From Vicinamibacteria bacterium (GTDB taxonomy: Bacteria > Acidobacteriota > Vicinamibacteria > Marinacidobacterales > Marinacidobacteraceae): a DNA stretch of 64,000 bases. The notes under the pieces are model-generated. The model was not told the DNA's origin. It did no database searches and saw only the letters and a program-made list of their open reading frames with translations. A program made the translations under genes and the position numbers. The stretch is from NCBI GenBank assembly GCA_963555995.3, contig OY821641.1:3520001-3584000 (forward strand), in the 5' to 3' direction. This document shows positions 37,674-47,295 of the stretch, one piece after another. Position 1 is the first letter of the stretch; every line of letters starts with the position of its first letter.

Positions 37674-39050
37674 GGCTCTTCACGGTTTCGTGTGGAAACA
37701 GGCCGCAGCCGGGCTGAGATCCAGCCCGCCCAGGGGAAGTAGATCGCCTCCCGGAAGCGGGCGCGGTTTCGGGAGGGTGCTCGGGAGGCGTCGTTTTATG
37801 CTGGCGTGATGACGTACATCACCCAGCATTACCAATCGCTTCTCGGCTTGCGTCCCCCGTGGCAGGTGTCGGAGGTCCTGGTGCGCCACGAGACGGAGGA
37901 GGTTGAGGTGATGGTGGTGTGGACGGGAGGCCGCCTGGCGTGCCCGGAGTGCGGCGAGGCGGGTCAGCGGCACGACGGGCGGCGGCGGCGCTGGCGGCAT
38001 CTGGACACGATGCAGTATCAGACCTGGTTGGTGGCGGAGATCCCGCGGGTGCGCTGCACGGTGCATGGGGTGCGACAGGTGGTTCCCCCGTGGGCGGATG
38101 CGAACTCCCGATTCACGGCCCGTTTCGAGGGGCTGGTGATCGCCTGGCTTCTGGAAGCGAGCGCCTCGGCGGTCGCGCGGCAGTTCGGTCTTTCGTGGGG
38201 TCAGGTGGCGGGTATCCAGCACCGGGCGGTGCGGCGGGGGCTGGCGCGCCGGGAGCTCCGTCCGCCCCGTCGGATCGGGGTGGATGAGACCTCCTTCCAG
38301 AAGCGGCACGAGTATGTGACGGTGGTGAACGATCTGGCAGGCAGCGTCCTGTATGTCGCTGACGGGCGGAGCCAAACGGCTCTTGACGGCTTCTTCGAGG
38401 AACTGGGGTCGGAAGGGTGTGCCGAGCTTGAGCAGGTGGCGATGGACATGGCGCAGCCGTACATCCGGTCGGTCCGGGAGAACACCGAAGCGGAGATCGT
38501 GTTCGACAAGTTCCACGTGTTTCAGCACCTGGGACAGGCGGTGGACCGGGTGCGCCGGGAGGAGCATCGGGAGTTGCTGCGCTCCGGGGACGACCGGCTC
38601 AACAAGAGCAGGTACCTGTGGCAGATGAAGCCGGGGACGCTGAATCGCCGGCAGCAGTTGAAATTCGCCACCCTGCGGAACAGTGAACTCCGGGTGGCGC
38701 GCGCCTGGGCGATCAAGCAGTTGGCCGCAACCCTGTGGGGATACCGGGTCCGGGGCTGGGCCGAACGCCGGTGGAAGCAGTGGTACGGCTGGGCCATCCG
38801 CTCACGCCTGGAACCCATCAAGCGTGTCGCTCGGATGATCAAGCGACACTGGGATGGCGTGATCAACGCCGCCACCTCCACCGTCACCAATGCACGCGCC
38901 GAGGCCATCAACTCGCGCATCCAGTGGCTCAAGAAGATGGCCTGCGGTTACCGAAACCGCGCCCGCTTCCGGGAGGCGATCTACTTCCACCTGGGCGGGC
39001 TGGACCTCAGCCCGGCTGCGGCCTGTTTCCACACGAAACCGTGAAGCGCC
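37674..39050 (+). mobile_element. ISL3-family insertion sequence, 1377 bp, 8-bp target duplication GCAGACCA
   Basis: Ends GGCTCTTCAC... and ...GTGAAGCGCC. TSD at 37666-37673 and 39051-39058. IRs at 37674-37772 and 38951-39050. Confidence 0.95.
37806..39044 (+). CDS. ISL3-family DDE transposase
   Basis: CPECG..HD..RRWRHLD, IGVDE, VAMDM, FDKFHV, TNARAEAINSRIQ, GYRN. Confidence 0.96.
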   Translation: MMTYITQHYQSLLGLRPPWQVSEVLVRHETEEVEVMVVWTGGRLACPECGEAGQRHDGRRRRWRHLDTMQYQTWLVAEIPRVRCTVHGVRQVVPPWADANSRFTARFEGLVIAWLLEASASAVARQFGLSWGQVAGIQHRAVRRGLARRELRPPRRIGVDETSFQKRHEYVTVVNDLAGSVLYVADGRSQTALDGFFEELGSEGCAELEQVAMDMAQPYIRSVRENTEAEIVFDKFHVFQHLGQAVDRVRREEHRELLRSGDDRLNKSRYLWQMKPGTLNRRQQLKFATLRNSELRVARAWAIKQLAATLWGYRVRGWAERRWKQWYGWAIRSRLEPIKRVARMIKRHWDGVINAATSTVTNARAEAINSRIQWLKKMACGYRNRARFREAIYFHLGGLDLSPAAACFHTKP

Positions 39051-39130
39051 GCAGACCAGCGTCGCGCCGTGCGCAGTGCGGAGCACCGCGCGTGCCGGTC
39101 TGGAGACCGGCGTTCCAAGCCGTATGCGCT

Positions 39131-41452
39131 TTAGTCGTCTGATCCGCCGGACTGCATGGCCCGCCAGACCTTTTCGGGTGTGAGGGGGGTATCGAGGTGC
39201 TCCACCCCGAACGGGCGGAGCGCATCCATCACCGCGTTGCAGACGGCGGGGGTGGAGCCGATGGTGGCGGCCTCGCCGATGCCCTTCACGCCGAGGGGGT
39301 TGACCGGGGTCGGGGTGACGGTGCGGTGGAGGTCGTACTTCGGCAGCATGTCGGCCTTGGGCACGGCGTATTCGAGGAGCGTCGGGGTCAGGAGGTTCCC
39401 GTCCGCGTCATAGACGGCGTCCTCGTAGAGCGCCTGGGCGATGCCCTGCGCGAGCCCGCCGTGCACCTGCCCCTCGGCGAGCAGCGGATTGATGACCTTG
39501 CCGCAATCGTCCACCGAGATGTAGCGAACGATCTCGACGGCGCCGGTGTCGGGATCGATCTCGACGGCGCAGAGGTGGGTCCCGAAGGGGAAGGTCTCGC
39601 CGGGCGGCTTGAAGTCCACGTCGGCGGTCAACTCGGCCGCGCTTCCCTCGGGAGCTTCGGTGGAATACGCGAACGCCGCGATCTCGGACCACCCCACCGC
39701 CCGCGCCGGTGAGCCGGCGACGAAGAACCGGCCGTCCTCGAAGCGGATGTCCTCGGTTGCCGCCTCGAGGAGCCGGGCGGCGAGCGCCTTCGCCCGCTCG
39801 CGCACCGTTTCGGCGTTGTTGAAGATCGCCGCTCCTCCCACCGGGGCGCTCCGGCTGCCGAAGGTGCCGATTCCGCGGGGGCATTCGTCGGTGTCGCCGT
39901 GGAGCACGGTGACGTCGTCCAGCGAGACCCCGAGCTGGTCGGCGGCGATCTGCGCCCACGCCGTCTCGTGCCCCTGCCCGTGCGGCGAGGTCCCGCTCCG
40001 CACGGTGACCGCTCCATCCGGCTCGACCGTGACGCCGCCGGCCTCCCACGGCCCGAAACCGCAGATCTCCACGTAGCAGGCGAGTCCGATGCCGAGCGGC
40101 TTCCCGCCCTCGGCGCGCCGCCGGGTCTGCTCGGCGCGGAGCCCGGCGTAGTCGCCGGCTTCGAGCGCCTTGTCGAGCGCCTTCTCGTACTCGCCGCTGT
40201 CGTAGGTGAGGCCGGTCGCCGTCCGGTAGGGGAACTTGTGCGGCGGGATCAGGTTCCGGCGGCGAATCTCCGCCGGGTCCATCCCGAGCCGCCCGGCGAG
40301 CACGTCGAGCGCCCGCTCGATCAGGTAGGTGGCCTCCGGGCGGCCGGAGCCGCGGTAGGGCTCGTTCGGCGCCGTGTTCGTGAACGCGCCGACCGCGTGG
40401 GCGTGGGCGGTGGCCACGTCGTACGGCCCCACGATCATCGCCCCGGTGAGCGACGGCGTGGTGGGCCCGGGCCGGCTGAAGTAGGCGCCCGAGTCGTAGA
40501 GGACGTCCACGTCGCAGTGGCGCACCCGCCCGTCCCGTTCGGCCGCGACGTCCAGCGTCACGAACAGGTTGCGGCCGTGTGTCGTGGTCTGGAAGTCCTC
40601 GGTGCGGGTCGCGAACCAGCGGACCGGCCGGCCGAGTTTCAGCGCCAGCCAGGGGACGAGCACTTCCTCGGCGTAGAGGTTCGCCTTGGCGCCGAACCCG
40701 CCGCCGACCTCGGGCGCAATGGTCCGCAGCCGCTCCTCGGGGATCCCCAGGATGCGCGCCACACTCGACTTGACGCGGTGCGCGGACTGGGTGGAGGTCC
40801 ACATCGTGATCCGGTCGCCGTCCACCCGCGCCGCGACCGCGCGCGGTTCCATCGCGCTCGGGATCAGCCGCTGGATCCGGAAATCGAGCGAGACCTCGAC
40901 CTCGCCCGACGCCGCCTCGGGCGCGCCTTCGGGATGGAGTTCCCAGACGAAGGCCCGGTTTCCCTCGGCCTCGTCGTAGAGCGGCTCTGCGCCTTCGGCC
41001 CGCGCCGCGCGGGAATCGCCGGCGCCGGGAAGGTCCCGGTAGTCCACGTCCACCAGCGCGGCGGCATCGGCCGCCTGCGCGGCCGTCTCCGCCACCACCG
41101 CCACGACCGGATCGCCGACGGTGAGCACCTTCTTGTCGGCGAGCGCCCAGCGCGCGGGGATGTGCAGCTCGGTGAACGCGCCGCCGTCCGGGGCCTTCGC
41201 CACCGGGAAGGGCCGCTTCAGCGTCGGGAGGATGTCCGCCGCGGTGAACACCCCGGCGACGCCCGGTGCGGCGGCGGCTTCCTCCGTCTCGATGGAGACG
41301 ATCTCGGCGTGGGGATAGGGGCTCCGCACCACCGCGAGATGGAGGGCGCCGGGCAGCGGGATGTCCGGCGTGTAGAGCGCCTGGCCGGTGACCAGGCGGG
41401 GATCCTCCCGCCTCCGGACCCGCTCGCCGATGGTCTGGGTTCTGATCGCCAA
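39131..41452 (-). CDS. Xanthine dehydrogenase family molybdopterin-binding large subunit (CoxL form II-like)
   Basis: RREDPRLVTG, VRSPYPHA, GGGFGAK, PYRGSGRPEA, GQGHET, GTFGSRS, GVKGIGE. TTG start is inferred. Confidence 0.9.
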   Translation of the reverse strand: MAIRTQTIGERVRRREDPRLVTGQALYTPDIPLPGALHLAVVRSPYPHAEIVSIETEEAAAAPGVAGVFTAADILPTLKRPFPVAKAPDGGAFTELHIPARWALADKKVLTVGDPVVAVVAETAAQAADAAALVDVDYRDLPGAGDSRAARAEGAEPLYDEAEGNRAFVWELHPEGAPEAASGEVEVSLDFRIQRLIPSAMEPRAVAARVDGDRITMWTSTQSAHRVKSSVARILGIPEERLRTIAPEVGGGFGAKANLYAEEVLVPWLALKLGRPVRWFATRTEDFQTTTHGRNLFVTLDVAAERDGRVRHCDVDVLYDSGAYFSRPGPTTPSLTGAMIVGPYDVATAHAHAVGAFTNTAPNEPYRGSGRPEATYLIERALDVLAGRLGMDPAEIRRRNLIPPHKFPYRTATGLTYDSGEYEKALDKALEAGDYAGLRAEQTRRRAEGGKPLGIGLACYVEICGFGPWEAGGVTVEPDGAVTVRSGTSPHGQGHETAWAQIAADQLGVSLDDVTVLHGDTDECPRGIGTFGSRSAPVGGAAIFNNAETVRERAKALAARLLEAATEDIRFEDGRFFVAGSPARAVGWSEIAAFAYSTEAPEGSAAELTADVDFKPPGETFPFGTHLCAVEIDPDTGAVEIVRYISVDDCGKVINPLLAEGQVHGGLAQGIAQALYEDAVYDADGNLLTPTLLEYAVPKADMLPKYDLHRTVTPTPVNPLGVKGIGEAATIGSTPAVCNAVMDALRPFGVEHLDTPLTPEKVWRAMQSGGSDD

Positions 41453-41568
41453 TGTCGTTCGTCGTCCGAGGGGGGCCGATTCTAGCGACCGATTTCGGCG
41501 GGGCGACGTAATAGGGTGCGCCGTCCGCGCGTATTCGTCAGCACGGCCCGGTTTCCCGAAGCACCCGT

Positions 41569-42492
41569 ATGCCCTCCGAACCCCCATCCCCGGCGGCGCT
41601 CGCGGGGCTCTCCGGCGTCAGCCACCGCTACGGCGACGTCCTGGCGCTCGACCGGCTCGATCTGGAGGTCCGGCAGGGCGAGGTGCTCGCGGTGCTCGGA
41701 CCGAACGGGGCCGGCAAGACCACCGCGGTCAGCCTGCTGCTCGGGACGCTCACCTTGCAGTCCGGAACTGCCCGGGTCTTCGGGAGCGCTCCGGACGCCG
41801 CGAATGTCCGCCTCCGGCGGGGCGCCATGCTGCAGGTCTCGGGCGTCCCCGAGACGCTCACCGTCGCTGAGCACCTGGCGCTCTTCCGCGCCTACTACCC
41901 GTCGCCACTGCCGACCGCGCGCCTCCTGGAGATGGCCGGGCTTCGGGAGCTCCGCGACCGGCGGTTCGGCAAGCTCTCGGGCGGCCAGAAGCAGCGGGTG
42001 ATGTTCGCGCTGGCGCTCGCCGGCGACCCGGAGCTGGTGTTCCTGGACGAGCCGACCGCGGGGTTGGATCTCGACGGACGCCGCCGCCTCTGGGACGAGA
42101 TCCGCGCCCTCAAGGCGGCGGGACGCACCGCCGTGCTCACCACCCACTACCTCGAGGAGGCGGACGCGCTCGCCGACCGGATCGCGGTGATCCACCGGGG
42201 CCGGCTGATCGCCGAGGGAAGCCCGGAGGACATCAAGTCCCGCACCGCCGGGCGCGTGGTTCGCTGCGTCACGACGATTACCCCCGAAACGGCGCGGTCC
42301 TTCCCGGAAGCCGCCGGGGTGGAGACGAAGGGGCAGCATCTGGAGGTCGTGACCGCGGAACCGGAAGCGGTGCTCCGCAGGATGTTCGCGCTCGACCCGG
42401 AACTCGGCGACCTGACGGTGGTCGGCGTCGGGCTCGAGGAGGCGTTCCTTGCGCTGACCGGCGACGGCGCCGGGTCGGACGGGGAGGCGTAG
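41569..42492 (+). CDS. ABC exporter ATP-binding protein
   Basis: GPNGAGKTT, LSGGQ, FLDEPT, TTHY. Confidence 0.95.
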   Translation: MPSEPPSPAALAGLSGVSHRYGDVLALDRLDLEVRQGEVLAVLGPNGAGKTTAVSLLLGTLTLQSGTARVFGSAPDAANVRLRRGAMLQVSGVPETLTVAEHLALFRAYYPSPLPTARLLEMAGLRELRDRRFGKLSGGQKQRVMFALALAGDPELVFLDEPTAGLDLDGRRRLWDEIRALKAAGRTAVLTTHYLEEADALADRIAVIHRGRLIAEGSPEDIKSRTAGRVVRCVTTITPETARSFPEAAGVETKGQHLEVVTAEPEAVLRRMFALDPELGDLTVVGVGLEEAFLALTGDGAGSDGEA

Positions 42493-43272
42493 GTGACAGC
42501 CAACACCGCGCGCCGCGGCCTCCTCTGGCACCTCCGGATCGCCCTGCTGGAGACGCGGTTCCAGTTCCTGAGCTCGCTGCGGCTGCCGGCGTTCGCCGTC
42601 CCGACGCTGCTCTTCCCGGTGTTCTTCTACCTGTTCTTCGCCGTGGTGTTCCAACCCGGGGGGCCGTCGCTCGTGGCGCCGACCTACATGCTCGCCACCT
42701 ACGGCGTGTTCGGCGTCCTGGGTCCGTCCATCTTCGGCTTCGGGGTGGGGCTCGCCGAGGAACGCGACACCGGCGCGCTCCTGCTGAAGCGGACGACCCC
42801 CATGCCGGCCGGCGCCTTCCTGTTCGCGCGCGTCGGCACGGCAGCGATCTTCGGGGCCGTGGTCGTCGCGGTGTTGTTCCTGCTCGCGGGATTCGCCGCC
42901 GGCGTCGAACTCCATCGCTCGCAGTGGTTCTCCCTCGCCGGCATCATCCTCGCCGCCGTCCTGCCGTTCAGCGCCATCGGTCTCGCGATCGGGGCGTGGG
43001 CGAAGCAGCAGGCGGCGGTGGCGGTCGTGAACCTGGTGTTCATCGGCATGTCCCTCATCTCGGGACTCTGGGTGCCGATCTACATGCTCCCGAACGTCAT
43101 GCAGGACATCGCCATCGTCTTTCCGACGTTCCACCTCGGCCAACTGGCGCTCAAGGTGATTGACCTCGATCTGGGTGGGTCCGTGTGGCTCCACCTCGTG
43201 CTCCTCGGCGTGCAGACCGCAGTCTGCCTGGCGGTAGCGGCAGCGGGCTTCCGGCGGTTCTCGGGGCGGTAG
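42493..43272 (+). CDS. ABC-2 type permease
   Basis: Six TM segments, ERDTGALL, SGLWVPI, PTFHL. Directly follows the ATPase. Confidence 0.9.
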   Translation: MTANTARRGLLWHLRIALLETRFQFLSSLRLPAFAVPTLLFPVFFYLFFAVVFQPGGPSLVAPTYMLATYGVFGVLGPSIFGFGVGLAEERDTGALLLKRTTPMPAGAFLFARVGTAAIFGAVVVAVLFLLAGFAAGVELHRSQWFSLAGIILAAVLPFSAIGLAIGAWAKQQAAVAVVNLVFIGMSLISGLWVPIYMLPNVMQDIAIVFPTFHLGQLALKVIDLDLGGSVWLHLVLLGVQTAVCLAVAAAGFRRFSGR

Positions 43273-43276
43273 GAAC

Positions 43277-44590
43277 ATGGCCTCTCCCGAGCGCCCGATC
43301 TGGCGGCGCGACCCGCTGATCGCCGCGGTGGCCGCCGCCGCGTTCGTCGGCCTGCTCATGACGCTTCCGGCGCCCGACCCGGCCGACCCGCCCGGGGGGC
43401 CCCTGCCGGAGACGGATTTCGCGGTGGTGGACGTCACCGTGTTCGACGGGGAGGAGTTCCGGCCGCATCGGGACGTCTGGGTCGAGGACGGCCGCATCCG
43501 CGCGGTCGGGCAGCGGCTTGCGCTGCCGGACGGCCTGCCCCGGGTGGACGGCCGCGGCCACACCCTGCTGCCCGGGCTGATGGATGCCCACACCCACACC
43601 TTCGGGTTGGCGCTGACCGACGCGCTGCGGTTCGGAGTGACCACGGTGTTCGATCAGTTCACGTCGCCATCCGTCCTGGCGCAGAAGCGCGCGGCCCGTG
43701 ACGACCTCTCCCGGAGCAACGAGGCCGATCTCTTCTCCGCGGGCAACGTGGCGACGGCTCCCGGGGGCCATGGAACCCAGTTCGGGGTGCCGGTGGAGAC
43801 GCTGACCTCGCCCGGGGAGGCGCCGGCGTTCGTCCGGGAACGGAAAGAAGAAGGCTCCGACTGGATCAAGATCATCTGGGAGGACGGCGGCACCTTCGGC
43901 GCGGACATCCCGACGCTCGACCGCGCGACGATCGCCGCGGTCATCGAGGCCGCTCACGCCGAGGAGCTGCTCGCGGTCATTCACATCAGCACGCTCGAGC
44001 ACGGGCTCGCCGCACTCGACATGGGCATCAACGGGCTCGTTCACGTCTGGGGCGACGAAGTGATCTCCGAAGCGGATGCGGCCCGCTTCGCCGAGGCCGG
44101 GGTGTTCGTGATCCCGACGCTCTCGGTCCGGGTCGCGGCGGCGGGCGAGTCCATGGGGCCGGACCTGCTTGCGGCGACCCGGCCGGAGGACGTGTCGGAC
44201 ATGCAGCGCCAGACGCTCGCCCAGACGTTTCCCCGGCCGGTCGGGACCAGCGAGGCGTCGATCGAGAGCGTCCGCCGCCTGCACGCCGCCGGGGTGCGGA
44301 TCCTCGCCGGGACGGACGCTCCGAACCCCGGGACCGGCTTCGGGATCTCGATGCACGGCGAACTGCGGCTGCTGGAGCGGGCCGGGCTGAGCCCGGCCGA
44401 GGCGCTGGCCGCCGCGACCGCGCATCCTCCCGACGCCTTCGGAATCGAGGACCGGGGGCGGCTCCAGCGGGGCCGGATCGCCGACCTGCTGCTCGTGGCT
44501 GGCGATCTCGAAAGCGACCTGAGCCGGAGCGCGGCCATCGCGGGGGTGTGGAAGGACGGGTTCCCGGTGGAGGCGGCATGGGCTCGATGA
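43277..44590 (+). CDS. Amidohydrolase family protein with N-terminal membrane anchor or signal
   Basis: LLPGLMDAHTH, GVTTV, WIKII, AGTDA, GRIADLLLV. Confidence 0.88.
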   Translation: MASPERPIWRRDPLIAAVAAAAFVGLLMTLPAPDPADPPGGPLPETDFAVVDVTVFDGEEFRPHRDVWVEDGRIRAVGQRLALPDGLPRVDGRGHTLLPGLMDAHTHTFGLALTDALRFGVTTVFDQFTSPSVLAQKRAARDDLSRSNEADLFSAGNVATAPGGHGTQFGVPVETLTSPGEAPAFVRERKEEGSDWIKIIWEDGGTFGADIPTLDRATIAAVIEAAHAEELLAVIHISTLEHGLAALDMGINGLVHVWGDEVISEADAARFAEAGVFVIPTLSVRVAAAGESMGPDLLAATRPEDVSDMQRQTLAQTFPRPVGTSEASIESVRRLHAAGVRILAGTDAPNPGTGFGISMHGELRLLERAGLSPAEALAAATAHPPDAFGIEDRGRLQRGRIADLLLVAGDLESDLSRSAAIAGVWKDGFPVEAAWAR

Positions 44591-45327
44591 AGACTCGATT
44601 CGTTCGGATCGCGGTGTTGGCGACGTCGGCCGCGGTTGCCGGGTCCGCCCAGGATGTTCCCCATGCCTCGCTGCTGGCCATCGAGAGGGCCTACTACGCG
44701 GGCGAGATGGCCGCCGCCCGAGAAGCGCTCGAAGCGTTGGGCGAGGCCGACGACGTGACCCGCGCCTGGGCGCTCTGGCGGGTCGCCGCCATGCATCGGG
44801 TCCGCGGGGTCAGCCGTCAGGTGAAGCGGCGGCGCGAGCCGATCCGGAAGGAACTGCTGGAGGAGGCCGAAGCCCTGATGAAGGCGCGGATCGAGGCCGA
44901 CCCGAACGACGCCGCCGCGCACCTCGTCCTGTCGCAGGTCTACCAGGCGCGGATTACCGGGATGATGTCCGGGATGCGCTTCGGCCGGAGGGCCGGAGAG
45001 ACGCTGGACCGCGCGCTCGAGCTGGCGCCCGACGATCCGCGACCGCTCTACCTGAAGGGGGTCAACCAGCTCATGGCGCCGGGCCCGTTCGGCAACAAGG
45101 AACAAGCGCGGCGCAACCTGGAGGCGGCGGTGGCGCGCTTCGCCGAGAGTGCGCCCGAGGGAGTCTTCTGGTGGGGCGAGCCGGAGGCGCACGCCTTCCT
45201 CGGTCTGTCGTACGCGCGGGAAAAAGAGCACGAGCAGGCCCGCGCGGCGTACGAGCGGGCGCTGGAGCTGGAGCCCGGATTCGACTGGGTCCGCGAGCGG
45301 TTGCTCCCCGACCTGGAGAGCCCGTAG
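44587..45327 (+). CDS. Exported TPR-repeat protein
   Basis: Signal peptide. TPR-like helices RALELAPDDPR and AYERALELEP. ATGA coupling. Confidence 0.8.
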   Translation: MKTRFVRIAVLATSAAVAGSAQDVPHASLLAIERAYYAGEMAAAREALEALGEADDVTRAWALWRVAAMHRVRGVSRQVKRRREPIRKELLEEAEALMKARIEADPNDAAAHLVLSQVYQARITGMMSGMRFGRRAGETLDRALELAPDDPRPLYLKGVNQLMAPGPFGNKEQARRNLEAAVARFAESAPEGVFWWGEPEAHAFLGLSYAREKEHEQARAAYERALELEPGFDWVRERLLPDLESP

Positions 45328-45387
45328 GGACGAAGGCGCGCCGACCGGGACGCCAGCCTTCAGACCGGCTCGGTGACGCACCGGCTT

Positions 45388-45482
45388 GGAACGCCGGTCT
45401 CCAGACCGGCACGCGCGGTGCTCCGCACCGCGCACGTCGCAGCGCCAATCGCCCTCATGGCGCCGACGCCTTGGAACACCGG
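45388..45482 (+). repeat. REP-like hairpin plus conserved tail
   Basis: GGAACGCCGGTCTCCAGACCGGCAC at 45388-45412. A degenerate copy lies at ~45347-45370. Confidence 0.8.
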
Positions 45483-45560
45483 ACCGTCCAGTGCGACATG
45501 TAGCCGCCGAGAAAACTCCCCCGTGGGTCTGGTAGTTTCGGCCCCCCCGGAGGCCCCCGC

Positions 45561-47252
45561 ATGAAACTCCGCACGTCCCGCAGAACCTTCCTCGGAACCA
45601 CCGCCGCCGGCATCGCCGGAGCGGCGCTCCCCGCCTCCCGCGCCGCCGCCGCGCCCGACACCGCCGAACGCCAGCGCCTCATCGAGCTCGCCCACTTCGG
45701 GCAGAAGGCTCCCGCCGAGGGCGCCGGCGGGATGGCGATCACCTCGCATCCGCTCGCCACCCGCGCCGCCACCGATGTCCTGAAGCGCGGCGGGAACGCC
45801 TGCGACGCGGCGCTCGCCGCCTCGATCACCCAGACCGTGGTCGAGCCGCACATGACCACCATCACCGGCTGCCTGTCCCAACTGTATTTCGACCAGGCGA
45901 CCGGCGAGACCACCTACGTGAACGGCAACGTGAACGCGCCGCTTGCGCCGCTCCCCGGCTACGGCCGCCATGACCTGGCCGGCGGGCGCGGGGTCGCGGT
46001 GCCGGGCTGGTGGGGCGGCTTCGAAGCGGCCCACGACCGCCACGGCTCGCTTTCGCGGAAGGACCTGATGGCGGACGCGATCGCCTACGCCCGGGACGGG
46101 TTCGAGATGCACCCGTTCCTCTGGGGCGAGGTCTTCATCCAGTCCGACAAGATCGGCAAGACCGCCGCCGGGCGCGAGATCTTCTTCGACGGGAACGCCA
46201 TCCCCCGCCCGGGCGCGACGCTCTACCAGAAGGAGGCCGCGGACACGCTGGAGCGGCTCGCCGAGGAGGGGAACGACTACTTCTACCGCGGCGACTTCGC
46301 CAACGAGGTCTGCGAGGTGGTACAGGCCCACGGCGGCGTCCTCACCCCCGAGGACTTCGAGCGCTGGGAGCCGCGCTGGCAGGAACCGGCGTGGGGGTCC
46401 TACCGGGATCTCCGGATCGCCGGCTCACCCCCGCCCGACAACGGCGGCACCCACATCATCGAGATGCTCCACATGCTGGAGTTCCTCGACCTCGAGGGGC
46501 TCGGGCCGCCGACCGAATCGGCCGAGAGCCTGCTGCAGATGGTCCGGATCAGCCACCTCGTCTATACCGAGGGCGGCCGGCAGAACGACCCCGAGAGCCA
46601 CCCGCTGCCGCTCGAGACGATCCTCTCCAAGGACTACGCCAAGATGCGGCTCGACCTGCTCCAGATGGGGCACCCGGTCGCCGACGCTTCCGAGCCGCCC
46701 CCGCCCGCGGGCAGCAACCACGTGACGGTGGTGGACGCCGCCGGGAATGTCTCGACGATCCTCCACTCGTGCATGTCCTACCCGTGGAGCAACGGCCTCT
46801 TCGCCGGCGGGGTGAGCATCTGCGCGGCGGGCGCCCACTTCTTCCGGGTCATGCCGAAGCCCGGCCACCGGATCTCGGCATACGTCGCGCCGAACATCAT
46901 CTTCCGGGGCAACCGGCCGGTCATGGCCTCTGGTTCGCCGAGCGTCAGCCTGCTCCAGAACGTCCTGCAGAACAGCCTCAACGTGCTGCAGTTCGGGGCG
47001 CCCATCGGGGACTCGGTGAACCGGCCGCGGTTCGGCGGCCCCTCGCTGACCGTGCCGGGCGCGGTGCTGATCGAGGCGGACTTCCCCGAGAAGATCCGGG
47101 AGAACGCCGCCACGCGCGGCATCAACTTCGACGTGGTGAACCCCTGGAACTGGCACCACGGCTCCTTCGAGGGCATCCACATCGCCGACGACGGAGTCCG
47201 ACGCGCCTGCGGCGACCCCCGCCGCTGCAGCATGGCGGAGGCGACAGCATGA
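45561..47252 (+). CDS. Tat-exported gamma-glutamyltransferase family protein
   Basis: SRRTFLG signal, HPLA, GGNACDAA, VAVPG, FYRG, SNHVTVVDAAGN, DPRR. Confidence 0.88.
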   Translation: MKLRTSRRTFLGTTAAGIAGAALPASRAAAAPDTAERQRLIELAHFGQKAPAEGAGGMAITSHPLATRAATDVLKRGGNACDAALAASITQTVVEPHMTTITGCLSQLYFDQATGETTYVNGNVNAPLAPLPGYGRHDLAGGRGVAVPGWWGGFEAAHDRHGSLSRKDLMADAIAYARDGFEMHPFLWGEVFIQSDKIGKTAAGREIFFDGNAIPRPGATLYQKEAADTLERLAEEGNDYFYRGDFANEVCEVVQAHGGVLTPEDFERWEPRWQEPAWGSYRDLRIAGSPPPDNGGTHIIEMLHMLEFLDLEGLGPPTESAESLLQMVRISHLVYTEGGRQNDPESHPLPLETILSKDYAKMRLDLLQMGHPVADASEPPPPAGSNHVTVVDAAGNVSTILHSCMSYPWSNGLFAGGVSICAAGAHFFRVMPKPGHRISAYVAPNIIFRGNRPVMASGSPSVSLLQNVLQNSLNVLQFGAPIGDSVNRPRFGGPSLTVPGAVLIEADFPEKIRENAATRGINFDVVNPWNWHHGSFEGIHIADDGVRRACGDPRRCSMAEATA

Positions 47253-47295
47253 CCCGTTCGGCACGAAAGGGAGCGCCGCCAGTCCTCCCGGTGGG

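Noticed and set aside
37680-38567. Second, antisense gene in the IS ending in the same peptide (LGGLDLSPAAACFHTKP)
   Set aside because: The shared C-terminus is a by-product of the 100-bp inverted repeat. The rest is the antisense shadow of the transposase.
39131-41452. Aerobic CO dehydrogenase (form I coxL)
   Set aside because: Lacks the AYRCSFR Cys motif and has no coxM/coxS or accessory genes nearby.
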